A stretch of DNA of 64,000 nt from Marsupella aquatica (taxonomy: Eukaryota; Plantae; Marchantiophyta). Below the pieces are notes generated by a model. That model saw only the letters and a program-made list of their open reading frames with translations. It was not told the origin of the DNA and did no database searches. Location of the stretch: assembly GCA_973895155.1 (NCBI GenBank), contig OZ316898.1, positions 3,906,480 through 3,970,479 of the forward strand, read 5' to 3'. Positions 62,301 through 64,000 of this stretch are shown here, piece by piece (position 1 is the first letter of the stretch; each line of letters starts with the position of its first letter). Both the position numbers and the translations under genes were made by a program.

Positions 62301-63802
62301 TTGAGTAACAGAAGCAGTCCTTAATCTATCTACAATAGGGAGGATTTCTTCTGGATCACAGGTCAGCATTCTAGACAAACTGTCTACTATATCCTGATTA
62401 AAAATAGCCTTCCCATCATCAGTCAATTGCTCTGGATGATTATGTTACTGGCAGGAATAACAGGGAGAGGAGTGTGGTTGGTCGGACTACTATTAGTATG
62501 GTAAGGTGTAATCTCAACGTGAGGATTAATATCCTCATCCATAAGTTCCAGAGCAGGTGGTATAATTTCTTGGTGACTAGCTTTGGATGTTTCCTCCATT
62601 CTCAGATCATCGAGTCTCGAATCAGTCTCCGAATGTTCCACATCTAATTCCTCCAATAGTGCAATCCTTTCGAGCTTCTCCTGTGGGAGTAGACAGTCTC
62701 CATACCAGTAGAGTTGACTGAGGTAAGCTGGGAGGTATGTTGGCTTTTCCATTTTGTACAACATTGATTTGACTGAGGATGGTGTGTCTCAGTAACAATC
62801 CCCAATTAACTTCAGCAAGTCCTTTCCATGAAGTAACAAATGTGTTTGCTAAAGATACAGGTACCATATATGGTCGAGTGGGATGAAAAATTGGTACCAG
62901 AAACTCAAGGATGATCTAGAAGGTATAATCAATACATTGATTAAGCTTCCATCTAGCTTTTGTATTTCTCATCCAGCGAACATTGGATCAGATAAAGTAC
63001 TTTTTCCAGATTGTAAACCACAGCCTTCTGATGAACAACTAAAAGCGTTGGCCATGAACTCTAAGTCCCACTTCTCGAGATCTGCTCGAACAGTCTCCTG
63101 AAATGCTTCTGGAATTTGTGACCCATCAGCGAACTCGCGCAAGTAGGTAGGACACACAGAAGACCACGGAATGGATAGAAGTTTTCCCAGGTGCATAACT
63201 TCTAGAGCATCGGTCAATAACATCAAATCCCTCTCGAGTGCGGGGTACTTCATCGGTATAGCTCTAGGAACAGGGAAGTTGCAACTCATCTCATCCACAC
63301 CCGCCATGGCAAGTTGCAGCTATGGTTCTTGAAGTTGAGTCACTTACAAAAATCTAAGTCACAAAACGATGGGGCGTATTGGCGTGATCGCGCATGAGCG
63401 TATAAATGCCACAGCGCTCAAGCGTCTCTGAGTATGGGCGTGAACGTCGAGGCCTTTGGTAGCAAACAAGGAAGTGAAAATGTTTGTCGCGAGTAGGTGG
63501 TCTAGTGAGTCACTCTGTTACTTCCTCCTCATCGTCAACGGCTACTTTTGGTTTCCGGTAGGGTGGGCTGCATATACGCGTCTGAGCACATTAGCGCCTA
63601 AGCGCCTACGCGTTGGAGCGTCTTAGCGGATTAGCTGCTATTGTGACTCCAATTTGACATGACTGTAAAAGTAACTAGTTTTAGGAGACTACAGGGATGT
63701 ACTTGAGGATGGCTTAACTACTCTAATGCTCCTAATTAATATAGATAACCTGAGGCGAATCACTACTTATCTCAAAAAGTTGAAAATTTTAAAGTTTTCA
63801 CA
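59354..63802 (-). mobile_element. Putative ~4.4-kb LTR related to the 24125-27723 solo LTR
   Basis: Minus strand begins TGTGA (63802) and ends CTACA (59354) like the first solo LTR, and carries a homologous ORF in the same relative orientation; flanks (tctta / gaaat) are not a TSD, so boundaries are inferred. Confidence 0.55.
60823..63307 (-). pseudogene. Frameshifted LTR-internal protein (~830 aa) homologous to 24993-26735
   Basis: LLSIPWS...LREF...PEAFQETVRADLEKW...ANAF...EGCG / VNWGLLL...PTYLPAYLSQLY parallels LMELPWS...IREI...PAEFKDTSRGRLERW...AGAF...EGEG / VNWAKLI...PTPLSYYLVYLY. Confidence 0.75.
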
Positions 63803-64000
63803 GAAATTCTGAATAACTGCTATATTTCCCCTCTTGCAGCACGGCCTTGGCTGCCATCATACAATTACGTATCTCTCTCAGCCTTTCCAAGCCAACTTCT
63901 TCCATGAATGGACCGGGGAATGGACATGGTAATGGACTTGACACCAACCCAAGCCCGACGCTGCTATGTTGAGATGCCATGTCATCGCGCGCAAATGTTC

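Overview
Eukaryotic nuclear DNA, most likely from a non-seed land plant (inferred only from the transposon lineages present). About two-thirds of the window is nested transposon sequence. Host genes: a small family of secreted Pro/Leu-rich (PELPK-like) protein genes, with intact copies at 10780-11391 (-) and 43167-43802 (+) inside an inverted segmental duplication, and the 5' region of a third copy at 1-340; plus a single-BRCT ORF at 46680-47171 (-). Mobile DNA: a very young Bianca-type Copia (417-5975, identical LTRs, ATATC target-site duplication, TSD) inside a MITE with a 9-bp TSD; a Tnt1/Tork-type Copia (23242-34103) interrupted by a 3.6-kb solo LTR; a 5'-truncated Phygy-like Gypsy (34104-40443); LINE, Helitron, pogo-like, CACTA and hAT-MITE remnants. 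Most interesting signals: (1) two distantly related giant LTR-like units (24125-27723, 59354-63802) that each carry a homologous ~570-830 aa protein-coding region inside the LTR; (2) a decayed C5 cytosine methyltransferase (GWPCQ / ENV / RxxxxWTN) at 40444-40945, probably retrotransposon-borne; (3) a decayed Ulp1 SUMO protease followed by an FCP1/NIF-type HAD phosphatase (14690-15745) among Helitron-like repeats; (4) a 111-bp duplication creating a Met-Ala-Ala-stop uORF before one gene copy; (5) a frameshifting ~270-295 bp insert in the Bianca RT that could be an intron. All family assignments come from motif recognition by eye; no database searches were run.
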